DNA of 64,000 nucleotides from Desulfosudaceae bacterium (GTDB lineage: Bacteria; Desulfobacterota; Desulfobacteria; Desulfobacterales; Desulfosudaceae), in assembly GCA_963674745.2 (NCBI GenBank), contig CAXXDV010000003.1, positions 960,001 to 1,024,000 on the forward strand, written 5' to 3'. The notes under the pieces were generated by a model. It ran no database searches, was not told the DNA's origin, and was given only the letters and a program-made list of their open reading frames with translations. Below, one piece after another: positions 19,875-31,084 of the stretch; the stretch's first letter is position 1, and each line of letters opens with the position of its first letter. The position numbers were made by a program, and so were the translations under genes.

Positions 19875-20999
19875 TTACCTGCTGATCATTTCGCGAAAAG
19901 CCTGCAATCGGGTGGCCAGCTGGGCGGAACTGTTCGTGCCGTAATCTTTTTCCAGGTCCAGCACCGGAACACGGTTATCCGCCGAAAGAGACTCCTTTAG
20001 CATTTTGGTAAACCCGGCATAAGGGTCACAGAACTTTACCCGGGCCATAATAAGGCCCTGTATATTCATTTTATCAAGCACACCTGTCAGCAGTTCATAA
20101 TTTCTCTTAAAATCATTCATAACGGACGGGCATGAAATCATTTGGAAGTATCTTTCCGCAACAGCCGAAAGTGGATCGTCGGCATTTTCGTCAATCTCTC
20201 CATGGTAATGCCTGGCGCCAAAACAGATGTTGTCTGCCGCCACAAAAAACCCCTGGCCTTCGATGAATGAAACAAAATCCGGCGAATCACAGGCACCGCC
20301 CAATATCATGACGCGGGGCCGTTGTTCCAGGCCGCTGTCTGCTGCTGACAATTCACCAATCAGGCTTTCCAGATAAACATTGAACGTTTCTTTGCGAGCA
20401 GCCATGCCGGCCCGCACAATCCGCATATATTCCGCACCGCTGATAAGCGGCGGGTCGCTTTTGCGAAATTCGTTCAGGTTAGCCATGAGCGTCCGGGTTT
20501 TGTTGTATATCTTTATTGAGTCCCAAATGTCCGAATCTCTGATCAAAATTGAATATTGATCATGCAGATACTGAATCAGTTTCTTCATGCTGTTGATAAA
20601 CAGGTCCCGCCCGCCGGGAGTATTGGAGTGGTGCATCTCAAAATAATACAAGGGGATCTCCGATTTGTGGTACAGCAGGTCCGCAAGATTCAAATGGTGG
20701 TCACAGGCATTGGCCGCAATTACACCGTCGAAAAAGCCTGTTTGGTCTGTCAGCAGAATTTCCGCCGCAGCCTTGATATACGAACAGGTCATTTTATGGA
20801 GCTCGGCATCCGCGCAGGCCGTATCCGCAACCAAATTGGCGGTTATGCGCAAAGGCAGAATACCGGCGCTGTGGATGATTTCCTCCGGTATACCGGAACA
20901 GGTCAGGCCGACCACCGGTTTGCCACCTTTTTTCCATTGGCGGCTCCTGTCATTGTCCATTTTTTCCGAAAGTTCATTAAATACGGCAAGTGTATTCAT
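19875..20999 (-). CDS. 2-hydroxyacyl-CoA dehydratase family subunit (HgdB/FldC/BcrC-like)
   Basis: PEEIIHSAGILP, CSY, NACD, KFCDP, TRLQAFREM. Confidence 0.9.
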   Translation of the reverse strand: MNTLAVFNELSEKMDNDRSRQWKKGGKPVVGLTCSGIPEEIIHSAGILPLRITANLVADTACADAELHKMTCSYIKAAAEILLTDQTGFFDGVIAANACDHHLNLADLLYHKSEIPLYYFEMHHSNTPGGRDLFINSMKKLIQYLHDQYSILIRDSDIWDSIKIYNKTRTLMANLNEFRKSDPPLISGAEYMRIVRAGMAARKETFNVYLESLIGELSAADSGLEQRPRVMILGGACDSPDFVSFIEGQGFFVAADNICFGARHYHGEIDENADDPLSAVAERYFQMISCPSVMNDFKRNYELLTGVLDKMNIQGLIMARVKFCDPYAGFTKMLKESLSADNRVPVLDLEKDYGTNSSAQLATRLQAFREMISR

Positions 21000-21232
21000 C
21001 TTTTCTTCCTGCTTTGTTGCTGTTATGAAAAAAGCTTCAATATGTCCTTTTATATGGATTTCGCCTCGTTAAATCTGCCGAATCTGACTTTTTAATCCTG
21101 TCTCAAGTTCTGGAAATTTTCTTTACGGGCCAACCGGTGATAGGGCATTGATTTTTCGGGCTAAGACAACGCCTCTCTGACGCTTTGAGCCAGGGATTTA
21201 ATCGAAAATGGTTTGGCCAGAAAAACAACCTC

Positions 21233-22945
21233 CTATTTGACCAGGTCATCATTGGCGATGACATTGGATGTATAGCCTGACATGTACATACACCGGATGC
21301 CGGGAATCATTGTTTTTACCTGATGAGCCAGGTTCTGCCCGTTCATGCCGGGCATGATAACGTCCGTCAACAACAGGTCAATCCGGTCCTGTCCGGATTT
21401 TACCAGTTCAAGGGGTTTTTCCGGCGCATCTGCGGCCATAACGGTATATCCAAGTTGTTCCAGCACTGTTTTACCGAACTTCAGAATCGCCGGCTCATCA
21501 TCCACCATTAATATGGTCTCTGCGCCTCTGGACAAAAATTCCGGCTCATCGATTATCTCTTCCGGATTGATAGCCTGGGTTTCAATGGCCGGGAAAAAAA
21601 TCTTGAAGGTCGTTCCCCGGTCCGGTTCGCTGTAAACCTTGATCAGGCCATTGTTTTGCTTAAGGATACCGTAAATCGTGGCCAGTCCCAGCCCCGTTCC
21701 CGTTTCATTTTTTGTCGAAAAAAACGGGGCAAAAATTTGATTCCGGACTTTTTTGTCCATACCGCACCCATTGTCGCTGACGACCAGCATGACATAGGGT
21801 CCCGAAACGGCCTCTTCCTCGCCGATGCCGAAGCTTGCATCAAGATTTATGGCTTCGGTCTCGATTGTAATGTTTCCGGTTTCACTTATGGCGTCTCTGG
21901 CATTGACCACCAGGTTGGTCAGAATCTGATCCATTTGAGAAGGGTCAATCATAATCGGGCTGGCAATCTTTCCGGGCAGCCATTTTAAATAGATATTTTC
22001 CCGGACGAGTCGATTCAGTATGGGTATCATTTCTGAAATGGCCTGATTGATATCGACCATTTCCGGGATAACGGCCTGTCTTCTTGCAAATGTCAGTAAT
22101 TGTCGTATGAGCGCCGCTGAACGATTTACGGTATGGCGTACCGCTTGCATTTGTTCCCGGCCGTTGTCATCCAGCTCCTGTTGCATCATGATCAATTCGA
22201 TATTGCCAGCAACCACTGACAGCATGTTGTTAAAATCATGGGCGATGCCCCCGGCCAGCTGGCCGAGGGCTTCCATTTTCTGGGCCTGGTAAAGCTGGGC
22301 TTCAAGCTTTATTTTATTCTCCTCGGTTTTTTCCCGTTCCCTGATTTCCGCCTTGGCCCGTTTTATGGCGGTGTCATTTATGCTGAAAACGCCGGCCGCA
22401 ACAAAGCAGGCGGCAAAAACGGCCAGGGAACTGTCACATATAAAATCGAAAAGTTCATAATCTGAGATTAATAATACCGGCCGGAAAAAATAGAGAAACA
22501 CCAGCAGGTAGCCGATGTTCAAAGTGCCATACAAAAAAATGACGGATTTGCGTTGATTGATGATCAGGGGAAGCAACCCGATAAGACATATGATATAAAT
22601 AAATGAATCCAGACGCGCTACCGGCCCGCCGGGATCAATAATAAGTACACTCCAGTTCACCAGCATAATGATAATGACCAGCAGGTGTGCAGAAAGGAAA
22701 AAATGGCCCCGGACCAGGAAGAGAAAAAGGTTTAAAACACATACGAGTCCTCCGACCAGGAGAATGATATTCCCTTTAAAGACATATCCCAGGGAAAAAT
22801 ACTGAGCGAACGAAATGGCTACAGTCAACAAAAAGATGGTGGTTATAACAACCAGGTTTAATACCAGGAAATAACGGGCCTTCAGCTGGAGGTCAAGGTC
22901 TGATTGTGAGTAAGCAGACAGAAGCCGGTCAATTTTATTTTTCAA
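21233..22945 (-). CDS. Membrane hybrid histidine kinase with a receiver domain truncated by a premature TAG
   Basis: AHDFNN, NARDA, GTGLGL, TDVIMP; the frame continues after the TAG as EVVFLAKPF... to a second stop at 21161. Confidence 0.9.
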   Translation of the reverse strand: MKNKIDRLLSAYSQSDLDLQLKARYFLVLNLVVITTIFLLTVAISFAQYFSLGYVFKGNIILLVGGLVCVLNLFLFLVRGHFFLSAHLLVIIIMLVNWSVLIIDPGGPVARLDSFIYIICLIGLLPLIINQRKSVIFLYGTLNIGYLLVFLYFFRPVLLISDYELFDFICDSSLAVFAACFVAAGVFSINDTAIKRAKAEIREREKTEENKIKLEAQLYQAQKMEALGQLAGGIAHDFNNMLSVVAGNIELIMMQQELDDNGREQMQAVRHTVNRSAALIRQLLTFARRQAVIPEMVDINQAISEMIPILNRLVRENIYLKWLPGKIASPIMIDPSQMDQILTNLVVNARDAISETGNITIETEAINLDASFGIGEEEAVSGPYVMLVVSDNGCGMDKKVRNQIFAPFFSTKNETGTGLGLATIYGILKQNNGLIKVYSEPDRGTTFKIFFPAIETQAINPEEIIDEPEFLSRGAETILMVDDEPAILKFGKTVLEQLGYTVMAADAPEKPLELVKSGQDRIDLLLTDVIMPGMNGQNLAHQVKTMIPGIRCMYMSGYTSNVIANDDLVK

Positions 22946-22980
22946 AGCATGATCCTGATTTGCGTATCCATTTTATGGCC

Positions 22981-23039
22981 TTTTCCCATTGACGAATTTT
23001 ATCTTTGTCCATCTTCTCTGAAAGTTCATTAAACAGGCC
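22981..23039 (-). repeat. Degenerate duplicate of the 5' end of the dehydratase gene 19875-20999
   Basis: FNELSEKMDKDKIRQWEK vs FNELSEKMDNDRSRQWKK; DNA aligns with 20931-20987. Confidence 0.8.
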
Positions 23040-23060
23040 AGAATTCTTTATCTTCGCATC

Positions 23061-24332
23061 CTACTGCATTACTGTTGTGAAAAACGTTTCAACCTGTTCC
23101 CGCACTGACTCCCTGGGCGTGATTCTGTCATCATTGTAATCCAGCTCAAGCAGCAACAGCGGGGCATCATGTTTTTTGCATAAATACCGGGCAACCCCTT
23201 CCTTGCCGCAGATATTGCTGCAGCCCACATGCTGGGTCATGATGATGCAGTCACATTTGAAGTGCCGATATAAATCATGCATATAGTCCAGCATGTCCCT
23301 GGCGCCGAGCCTTAAAAGCGACATGGACAGGTCAAGTCCCTGCCAGGCATAACCTTCCATCATGGTATCCATATCAGTGGTGTCGATGGGCATGATTTTC
23401 GGCCCCATAATGGTATAGGCCACAACCGTTGCCCCGAATTTCTTTTCCATCCATGAAAACAGATCCGGGTCGTGGGCAGGCGGAATATGCGCCCAGAGAA
23501 CACGATGCTTTTCCTCGTATTTCGGCGGGGCATCTTCATCAATGATGCGTTTGATATCGGCCAGCATCTTTTCAAAAAAAACCGTCAGCCGGGGATTTCC
23601 GGCCTGGGTCATATACCCGACATGGGGGACCCGCCTGATGGCCGACCGCTGCGGCGCCGGCATCAGGGTATAGGCATCATGGATTTCCGTCATCAGTTCA
23701 AAGGCCCGGTTGGATTCCTCGACCACCTCGCGGAAGCGGTCGATATCAAACCGTTTCCCGGTGATGTCCTCCAAAAAAGGGATCAGGGTCGTTTTGATTT
23801 GATTGCCGAACCATTGCGCGGCGTCCTTTCCGTCCGCGTTGGTGCTCTCGATATAACACATCCTGTTTTTAAAAATTTTTTCGAGGATCGGATAAGCGGT
23901 CCGGGTGCCGTCGCATGGCATGGTAGTGGTTATATAATGGGCCTCGGCCGGGTACTCCCCGGAAAGCGCCGCGCCCACAAAAAACCGGTCTGTAGAGCAG
24001 AGGTCCGGCGGCAGGCCCGCTTCCTCGGCCAGCGCCAGGAACGCGTGTACAACGCTGATATTGGAACCGGAAAAGATAACGGGCTGGGCTTCCATACATA
24101 AGGGGGCGCAATCAAAGGCATACAGCAGTTGCGGAACAAGGGCGTTTTCAAACAAAACCAACGGTTTGTCCTTACTGTCCCAGGCAGCCAGAAGTTCCTC
24201 AAAAGGGCTGCCAAGGCATTCAATCACTTCCCCGAGAAACGCTTTTGGCCCGCCCTTTGCCTTAAAAATTTGCGCGCCCGGTTTGAATATGAATTCCAGA
24301 AGTTCTCTTGTGTGTTTAAATGCCTCTGACAT
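23061..24332 (-). CDS. 2-hydroxyacyl-CoA dehydratase family subunit (HgdA/FldB/BcrB-like)
   Basis: GLPPDLCS, PCD, ITGKRFD, HVGC, LELDYND, VETFF. Confidence 0.9.
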   Translation of the reverse strand: MSEAFKHTRELLEFIFKPGAQIFKAKGGPKAFLGEVIECLGSPFEELLAAWDSKDKPLVLFENALVPQLLYAFDCAPLCMEAQPVIFSGSNISVVHAFLALAEEAGLPPDLCSTDRFFVGAALSGEYPAEAHYITTTMPCDGTRTAYPILEKIFKNRMCYIESTNADGKDAAQWFGNQIKTTLIPFLEDITGKRFDIDRFREVVEESNRAFELMTEIHDAYTLMPAPQRSAIRRVPHVGYMTQAGNPRLTVFFEKMLADIKRIIDEDAPPKYEEKHRVLWAHIPPAHDPDLFSWMEKKFGATVVAYTIMGPKIMPIDTTDMDTMMEGYAWQGLDLSMSLLRLGARDMLDYMHDLYRHFKCDCIIMTQHVGCSNICGKEGVARYLCKKHDAPLLLLELDYNDDRITPRESVREQVETFFTTVMQ

Positions 24333-24376
24333 TGTTTTTTGCTCCTGTGGATAAATGCTGAAACAATCGCTGCGGT

Positions 24377-25501
24377 TTACCCGGCCAGCAGTTGCCTGAC
24401 GAAATTCAGTTTCTTCATGGGGCCGATTCCGAGAAAGGCATTCACCTGGCCGATATCCCGAAAGCGTTTTTCCTGGCCGAAATCCTTCATATAACCCACG
24501 CCGCCGAGAGCCTGGATACCGTCAGGTGCCAGGTCGGCGGCTGTATCCTGAACATGAATTGACACCGCTTGAGCACTGACCTCCCACCCTTTATCACCGT
24601 TTTTAACCGCCCGACAGGCCTGAGAAACCAGCAGGTCCGCCACCCGGCTTTTGACGGCCATGTCAGACAGGATCATCTGAAGCGCCGACCAGTCCTTTAT
24701 TTTACGGCCGCCCTGGACCCGCTCACTGCAATAGGCGAAGGCTTCCTTGACCGCCCCCTTCATAATGCCGGAAGACATGGCTGCTGCGGCAAGCTGCATA
24801 ACGTCAGCAGCTTTTTTAAAACAGGCCGCACCTTCACCCTCACTGCCGACCAGGGTACCGGGGGTTGATTCCATTTCCATGTCCACGGCCGGACAGCCAT
24901 GCAGACCATGGCTGACCACGGGTTCGCTCAGCGTAACACCGCCAGCTGAAGTGCTCACCAGAAAAAATGAATATCCCCGGCCGTCACCGAGCCTGGCGGG
25001 AATTAGTGCCTGATCGGCAATATTGCCGAGAACGAGATAGTCGGCCGTTCCTGAAAGACTGTATTTGCCCCTATTTTGAGAAGCGATCGGTAGTTGTCGC
25101 GTTTCACCGGGATTATTCAATGCCTGAAATGCGATCAGAAACGCTGCCGGTGTATCCGCCTCGCCGACAATTTGAATCAATCGCGCTTTTTCATCCGCGG
25201 CCAGGAATATCTGCTGGGCCAGGGTACTGGTAAACAGGATTCCTCCCAGGCTGCTGTCCTCCCGGCAGATATTGTCCAGAATGACACACAGCGCATCGAT
25301 CCCGTGGCCGGTACCACCGGCGTCTTCAGGCAGCATCAGGTGGAAAAAATCAAGTTCAAAGGCCTTGTCAAGCACATGCTGGAAAAAAGGCCCGAAGGGG
25401 TATTTATCGTTTTCCTCACGTTCCGGGGCCAGCATTTTACGGGCAAACTCGCGGCTTGCCTTGTCTAAAAGCTGCAATTCTTTTTGTTCCGAACCTGTCA
25501 T
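24377..25501 (-). CDS. Acyl-CoA dehydrogenase-like subunit lacking the usual C-terminal catalytic Glu
   Basis: RVQGGRKI, IQALGGVGYMKD..QEKRFRD; likely start MTGSEQ. Confidence 0.88.
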   Translation of the reverse strand: MTGSEQKELQLLDKASREFARKMLAPEREENDKYPFGPFFQHVLDKAFELDFFHLMLPEDAGGTGHGIDALCVILDNICREDSSLGGILFTSTLAQQIFLAADEKARLIQIVGEADTPAAFLIAFQALNNPGETRQLPIASQNRGKYSLSGTADYLVLGNIADQALIPARLGDGRGYSFFLVSTSAGGVTLSEPVVSHGLHGCPAVDMEMESTPGTLVGSEGEGAACFKKAADVMQLAAAAMSSGIMKGAVKEAFAYCSERVQGGRKIKDWSALQMILSDMAVKSRVADLLVSQACRAVKNGDKGWEVSAQAVSIHVQDTAADLAPDGIQALGGVGYMKDFGQEKRFRDIGQVNAFLGIGPMKKLNFVRQLLAG

Positions 25502-25535
25502 GATTTTTCTCCTTCGGGAAAAATTCGACATCAAT

Positions 25536-27164
25536 TTATAATGGGATAACGTTGGGCGCCTCCGGCGAGAAGGCTTCCTGCAGCACTCTGGAAAGCATTT
25601 TCTCCGATATTGTCTTGGGAATTTCATTTACTACCTGGATATAAGTGGGGATGGCGTTTCGCTCCAGCCCTTTCAGACAGGCCGTCCTTATTTCTTCCAG
25701 GTCCGGTTCCCGATCGCCAAAAGGGGTAACGGCCGCAACCAGGTCGCTTTCACCGGGCGCGCCGGACGCGGCAGGAACACCGTATACACAGACCTCCGAC
25801 ACGGTATCACACTCGCCGATCACCTTTTCCAACAAATCGGGCTGGATGAAATCACCCTGCCGTCTCAGGCCGCCGCCTTTACGAAAGTCAAAATAGAAAA
25901 ATCCTTCTTCATCCATGTGGCAGATATCACCGCTGCGCAGCCATCCCCCCCGGGTCTTCTCCTGTGATTCTTTCTCTTTGCCGTAATAACTGACCTCCGT
26001 TTTGTTCCCGCCCCCCATCCGGCTGATCAATTCTCCTTTTTCTCCAGGGGGCAGTTCATTGTCCGCTTCATCCACAATCTTCATTTCGATCAGCGTTCCG
26101 GGGGGTTTACCGAATGATCCCGCCGGCCCGAACCCGGGCGGATTATGGGCCAGTCCCCCTTCGACAGCGGCATACCACTCATGAATCCTGACCCCGAACC
26201 GTTTTTCAAAATGCTCCCAAATCGCCCGGGGCGTGCCGGCGCTGATGACCTTCCGAACGGGGTTGTCCAGGTCATTGACTTTCGGATGCTCGTTATAAAT
26301 CCCGGCCATCATGCCACCCAGCATGGAAAAAGTGGTGCAATTGTATTTTCTGCAAATATCCCATATCCTGCTTTTGGTGAAACGTTCGCTGATAACCGCG
26401 GGCAGGCCTTTTGCAAGGGCCGGAAAAAGCGTAACGGATTGGGCATTCCCATGTGTCATCGATAAACCCGTATAGGGGATATCGTCAGGCTGATACTGCC
26501 ACATGAAATCAGCCATCATGCCGTAAATGACAAACCGGTCCGCTTTCAGCACAACGCCCTTGGGGTCGCCGGTGGTTCCCGAGGTATGAATGATCTGGGC
26601 GGGACGGGTGGCGTCAAAACCCAGTAGTTTTTTAGGGAGTTTCGGACTGGCCTGATTCATGCGTTCCTTCAGATCCGGGAACTCATCCCGCACCGGAAGG
26701 TTGTGGTGATCCCGATAGACCACGCCCAGGACCGGCCGATCCTTGATATCGGTTTTGATTTCATCCAGGCTTTCCACAAACTGATCACCGACAATAATGC
26801 CTTTGGCATCCGTGTTGTTAATCTGAAAGGCCAGCTTTCGTCCTTTTGACCTCGGGTCTACAAGAACGGCAATGGCGCCGATGGACACGGCCGCAAACAA
26901 GGCGTAAACAAATTCCGGATGATTCTTGAGCAGTAGAATAAAGGTATCGCCTTCACCAATCCCTGCCTGGCGCAAAACATGGGTCAACCGGTTGGTGTTG
27001 TCAAAAAGGTCCTGATAGGTCACCGGCTCTTCACTTTCGTTTTCATTTACAAATCGCAGCGCGACTTTGTGCGGATCGCGAATTTTCAGGTTCAGTCCTT
27101 TAAAAATCGGCAGTTTATTGATCGGTTTCGTAAACATGAACAATTTCTCTGTCTCCTTACCCAA
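25536..27164 (-). CDS. AMP-dependent acyl-CoA ligase (CaiC-like)
   Basis: HTSGTTGDPKG, GWLRSGD, IPKT. Confidence 0.92.
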   Translation of the reverse strand: MGKETEKLFMFTKPINKLPIFKGLNLKIRDPHKVALRFVNENESEEPVTYQDLFDNTNRLTHVLRQAGIGEGDTFILLLKNHPEFVYALFAAVSIGAIAVLVDPRSKGRKLAFQINNTDAKGIIVGDQFVESLDEIKTDIKDRPVLGVVYRDHHNLPVRDEFPDLKERMNQASPKLPKKLLGFDATRPAQIIHTSGTTGDPKGVVLKADRFVIYGMMADFMWQYQPDDIPYTGLSMTHGNAQSVTLFPALAKGLPAVISERFTKSRIWDICRKYNCTTFSMLGGMMAGIYNEHPKVNDLDNPVRKVISAGTPRAIWEHFEKRFGVRIHEWYAAVEGGLAHNPPGFGPAGSFGKPPGTLIEMKIVDEADNELPPGEKGELISRMGGGNKTEVSYYGKEKESQEKTRGGWLRSGDICHMDEEGFFYFDFRKGGGLRRQGDFIQPDLLEKVIGECDTVSEVCVYGVPAASGAPGESDLVAAVTPFGDREPDLEEIRTACLKGLERNAIPTYIQVVNEIPKTISEKMLSRVLQEAFSPEAPNVIPL

Positions 27165-27278
27165 GCATTTTCAATTAGGTGTTGCCTGTTTTTCTCCGTT
27201 TATCGATTTACAAGGCCGTAACCGGTCATGAAAAATTGACGCCCCGGATTACCGATACCCGGTCCGTTTTTTGAAACC

Positions 27279-28805
27279 TCAGCAACTTTCGCCGCTTTCA
27301 ACCGGAAAGCATACCGTTTCCGGGAATGACCGTTTCAAAAACCACTTGAAAACTTCGAGCCGGTTGATCTGATTGGTGCCCTCATAAATCTGATACAGCT
27401 TGCTGTCCCGCATGAGTTTTTCCGCCCGCTGGTCGTGGCGGATCCCGGCTGCTCCCATAATTGCCAGGGCCATGCGGCAATTCTTCACCCCGGCGTCGGT
27501 GCCCACCACTTTGGCCACAGACCCCCACCCGTCGGTGCGGGCAATCTCGTCATCTGTTTGCATATCAAAATAGAGCTTGCGCACCGCCCAGGTAACGATG
27601 CCCAGCCTGGTGACCCGCGAACAGATCGGATCCAGCAGTTTCAAGGGTAAATATTTTAACAGGTAATAGACCGGCTTAAAGTTGAACAACTTTGTCAACG
27701 CGTGCATACCGACGGCGGCCGAGGTTTCACAATAAGCCAGGCGGCCGACGGCCACGTTATTATACATTTCCGCCAGCATGTGCTGACACCACTCGTGATT
27801 GATCAACAACCGGCCGTCGACTTCTGTTTTTGCGGCAAACTCAAGGACGGTTTCAAGGGCGCCCCTGGCCGCGCCGGTGCCGAATGCGGCCACGCCTGTC
27901 CGCGAGGCCGCCCAGACATAAGACAGAACCTGCTGCGCTGTCTGGCCGGGCGTTCGGGAAAGCTTTTCCATTTGCCCCTTGTCCAGGGCCACGTATTCAT
28001 CAGGTATGAAACAATCCGTAAAGACCAGTTCGCTGGCCACGCATGCCTTCTGGCCCATCTTCTTCTCTTTTTTCCCCAGGGAGAATCCGTCTGTCCCGGT
28101 TTTTACCACCAGCACCGCCATGTTCTCCGATGCCTTTTCAAGGTCGGTATAGGCATAAAGAATATGCCAGGCGGCCAGGTGGCCGCAGCTGATAAATATT
28201 TTCGAGCCGTTTATCTCATATCCTCCGTCGATTTTTCGGGCATGACAGGCAAGGGCGCCTGTATCCATGAACTCCGTCACCTGGCTGTCTGTACCCGCGT
28301 CCGGTTCTGTTATGGCAAACGAAATAAGTCGCGGCTCACCGGTTTTTTGCCCCTCAACCACATCCCGCGAAACCTGATCCATCAACCTGACGTTAAACGA
28401 CGTCATCAAGCCGGTATAACCCAGGTAGTGAACGCCGACCAGGTTGGCCAGCGAGGAGCAGGCCGAGTTCAGCTCCTCCAGCAAACAGCCGATGCAGGAG
28501 AAACTGAACCCCTGTCCACCGAACACTTTGGGAATAAACAGGGTATAAAACCCCCATTCATTGGCTTTTTTTACAAAATCCCAGGGCAGGTAATCCGGGT
28601 CGGCATGCATCTTAAGATCAAGTTCCAGAGCGTATGGCCGGGCCACTTCATCATTGAATTTGCGGGCCAGTGCCATAACGGTCTTCATCTCTTTAATAAT
28701 GCCCTTTGGCTGCCGGCCGGTGGCACGCAGGCCGCACATGATATCGTCAAACCGGGGGGCCTTATTCAGATAAATTTTTTTGTCTGCGCCTGAAAGCATA
28801 TGCAA
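27279..28805 (-). CDS. Acyl-CoA dehydrogenase
   Basis: FAITEPDAGTD, NGSKIFIS, KMGQKA, RDSKLYQIYEGTNQI. Confidence 0.93.
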   Translation of the reverse strand: MHMLSGADKKIYLNKAPRFDDIMCGLRATGRQPKGIIKEMKTVMALARKFNDEVARPYALELDLKMHADPDYLPWDFVKKANEWGFYTLFIPKVFGGQGFSFSCIGCLLEELNSACSSLANLVGVHYLGYTGLMTSFNVRLMDQVSRDVVEGQKTGEPRLISFAITEPDAGTDSQVTEFMDTGALACHARKIDGGYEINGSKIFISCGHLAAWHILYAYTDLEKASENMAVLVVKTGTDGFSLGKKEKKMGQKACVASELVFTDCFIPDEYVALDKGQMEKLSRTPGQTAQQVLSYVWAASRTGVAAFGTGAARGALETVLEFAAKTEVDGRLLINHEWCQHMLAEMYNNVAVGRLAYCETSAAVGMHALTKLFNFKPVYYLLKYLPLKLLDPICSRVTRLGIVTWAVRKLYFDMQTDDEIARTDGWGSVAKVVGTDAGVKNCRMALAIMGAAGIRHDQRAEKLMRDSKLYQIYEGTNQINRLEVFKWFLKRSFPETVCFPVESGESC

Positions 28806-28952
28806 TTATCTCTCTCCATAAAGGTTAAAAACTGACCACATAATCACTCCGACAATCCGGCATATCGGGCTACTGGAACAATCCTCCATAAGGCATGGAT
28901 GACCGGGCAGCAGGATGGTAAATTATTAAAAATGATTTCAAACTTTCGAGGC

Positions 28953-29540
28953 TTATTCCCATTGAACTGTTATGTGTTGGGTCAGTCCTTCTGAAACCAC
29001 CTCGAACCGGGCAGAACGCCCGCCCGCCTGTTCCACCAGTTCCTGCAGCATACCGCCGATTTGATAAGAGAAAGCAGCCACACTATCCAGATAGTTCCCG
29101 GTAAAGGAGTTGACCCTGTCCATGGCTTTTTCATCGACCGGGGCTGTTATTTTATACGTTATTCGGTTAACACCTGATTCTGTCATGACCGATTCCATGG
29201 TTTCGCCCTGGAAAAAATTCTGCCAGAACCGGGCAAAATTCTTGATACTGGCCACGGGATCGTTGGGAACCCGCACATTCTGGTAGACCGACAGCTGGTT
29301 TTGGAGGATAAACCGCCCGAAGGTGGCGGTCAGCTCCAGGTCACCGCATGCGATCCCCTGGAAGCAGGCCCAGGCCAGTTTCCGGAACACGCGGTATGAA
29401 TACCAGGCCGAGGTCATCACTTCATTGTTGACTATTTCCATTTCTTCAGCGTCGAGCCACTGAGTCCAGTCAATCTCCTTGTTGGCCCGGATCAAACGGG
29501 CATAATCTACCAACAGGCTGCCTTTTACTTTTACTGACAT
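28953..29540 (-). CDS. Hypothetical protein (DUF2378/V4R-like small-ligand-binding fold)
   Basis: RBS GGAGGAGG before MSVKVKG; VKG...WY...GR...W pattern. Confidence 0.6.
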   Translation of the reverse strand: MSVKVKGSLLVDYARLIRANKEIDWTQWLDAEEMEIVNNEVMTSAWYSYRVFRKLAWACFQGIACGDLELTATFGRFILQNQLSVYQNVRVPNDPVASIKNFARFWQNFFQGETMESVMTESGVNRITYKITAPVDEKAMDRVNSFTGNYLDSVAAFSYQIGGMLQELVEQAGGRSARFEVVSEGLTQHITVQWE

Positions 29541-29747
29541 CGACCTCCTCCCAAAAAAATGGTGAATAAAAAGACGCCTAACCGTCACCGGAGTATCGGA
29601 GGGCTTCAGCCCTCCACTTATATCTGGAAGGCTAAAGCCTTCTCCTGCATTATGCGTTCTGCGCCTAGCAGAACCGTCCAAATCAACTCGTCAAATTAAG
29701 GGTTAACCAAATTCAACCGATATCAAAAGACCGTTTATTTTCGGCCA

Positions 29748-31010
29748 TCAGAAATCCGCCTGGAGAATCGTTATCACCATGGCGGCCTCTTCGATGCCGA
29801 TATTGCCCCCTCCGTTTTCCGCCAGTGCGATCCGGGCCTTCTCCACCTGCCGGCCATTCGCCTCGCCCCTTAACTGCCAGACCAGTTCGGTGATCTGGGC
29901 CGCACCGGTGGCGCCGATGGGATGTCCCTTGGATTCGAGTCCGCCCGAAGGGTTAATCGGGAGTTTGCCGTCAATGGCGGAGTGGCCTTCCTCGGCAAAT
30001 ATCCCGCCTTCGCCCCGCGGGCAGAACCCCAGGGCTTCCGTGTTGGCGACTTCGCCAAAGGCCGTGGCATCATGAAACTCCGCCACGTCGATGTCTTCCG
30101 GCCCCACGCCGGCTGTTTCATAAGCGATTTTTCCCAGCCGTTCACCCAGATCCGGGTCGTCAAACCCGCGATCCATGCCGCCGCCCAGAACCGTAGCCAG
30201 GACCTTGACCGGTTTTGAAATGCCGAGTTTCCTGACATAGCCTTTTGAACACATGATCACCGCTGAAGCCCCGTCACCCACCGGCGAGCACATGGGCCGG
30301 GTCAGCGGATAGGCCACCGGCGGCGCTTCCAGCACTTCTTCCACCGTGAAGGGTTGCCGGTATTGGGCGTAGGGGTTGTGCACGCTGTTATTATGGTTTT
30401 TGGAACTGATTACGGCCAGCTGCCGCTGGGTAAGGCCGTATTTATCCATGTGCCGCCGTGCGCCCATGGCATATAACTCCATGAAGGCGCTGCCGCCTTT
30501 TGATGGGTTGGCCCTGGCGACCTTGCCCTGCGCTTCAGCGGCTTGGCGCTTTTGTTCAGCGTCCTGTCTCATGGCCTTAACCATAAGTTCAACCACTTCG
30601 ATGTCCGCCGAGCTTGAATACAGCTTCAATCGTTTTTCCCGGTCTTCCATGTACATTTTTTCCATTCCCAGGACCAGCGCCACATCGTGAAGGCCCAGGG
30701 CAATATCCATCCAGGCCACCTGAAAGGCCGTGGACGAAGAGCAGCAGGCGTTTTCCACATTGGTGACCGGAATGTTGCCGATTCCCATCGACCGGAGCAC
30801 CACCTGCCCCCGGATCGATTCCTGGCCGGTCACAAGCCCCTGATAGGCATTACCGACAACCGCCACCTGCAAATCCGATTTGGATATGCCGGCATGCTCG
30901 AGGGCCCGGTTAACAGCGTCTGAAGATAATTGTTTCATGGACTTATCCATGTATTTGCCAAACGGTGTCATGCCCACACCGATCACATACACATCACGCA
31001 TCACAAACAC
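29748..31010 (-). CDS. Thiolase family protein (SCP2/non-specific lipid-transfer type)
   Basis: GVGMTPFGK, VENACCS, HDAT, INPSGGLESKGHPIGATG, ENGGG. Confidence 0.93.
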   Translation of the reverse strand: MFVMRDVYVIGVGMTPFGKYMDKSMKQLSSDAVNRALEHAGISKSDLQVAVVGNAYQGLVTGQESIRGQVVLRSMGIGNIPVTNVENACCSSSTAFQVAWMDIALGLHDVALVLGMEKMYMEDREKRLKLYSSSADIEVVELMVKAMRQDAEQKRQAAEAQGKVARANPSKGGSAFMELYAMGARRHMDKYGLTQRQLAVISSKNHNNSVHNPYAQYRQPFTVEEVLEAPPVAYPLTRPMCSPVGDGASAVIMCSKGYVRKLGISKPVKVLATVLGGGMDRGFDDPDLGERLGKIAYETAGVGPEDIDVAEFHDATAFGEVANTEALGFCPRGEGGIFAEEGHSAIDGKLPINPSGGLESKGHPIGATGAAQITELVWQLRGEANGRQVEKARIALAENGGGNIGIEEAAMVITILQADF

Positions 31011-31068
31011 TCCTTTTTGCTTTGAAAATTATGATTCCTGAACCGACTGCTATCGTTCCGCTTTTCAA

Positions 31069-31084
31069 AGCAAGGTACATGCCA
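31069..31084 (-). promoter_or_regulatory. Sigma-54 (-24/-12) promoter of the thiolase operon
   Basis: Minus-strand TGGCATGTACCTTGCT; IHF-consensus TAAATTATTGATT at 31099-31111. Confidence 0.85.

Noticed and set aside
27702..28793. 363-aa antisense ORF, and similar ones at 31509-32396 and 58906-59946
   Set aside because: Antisense shadows of well-supported genes with no recognisable motifs.
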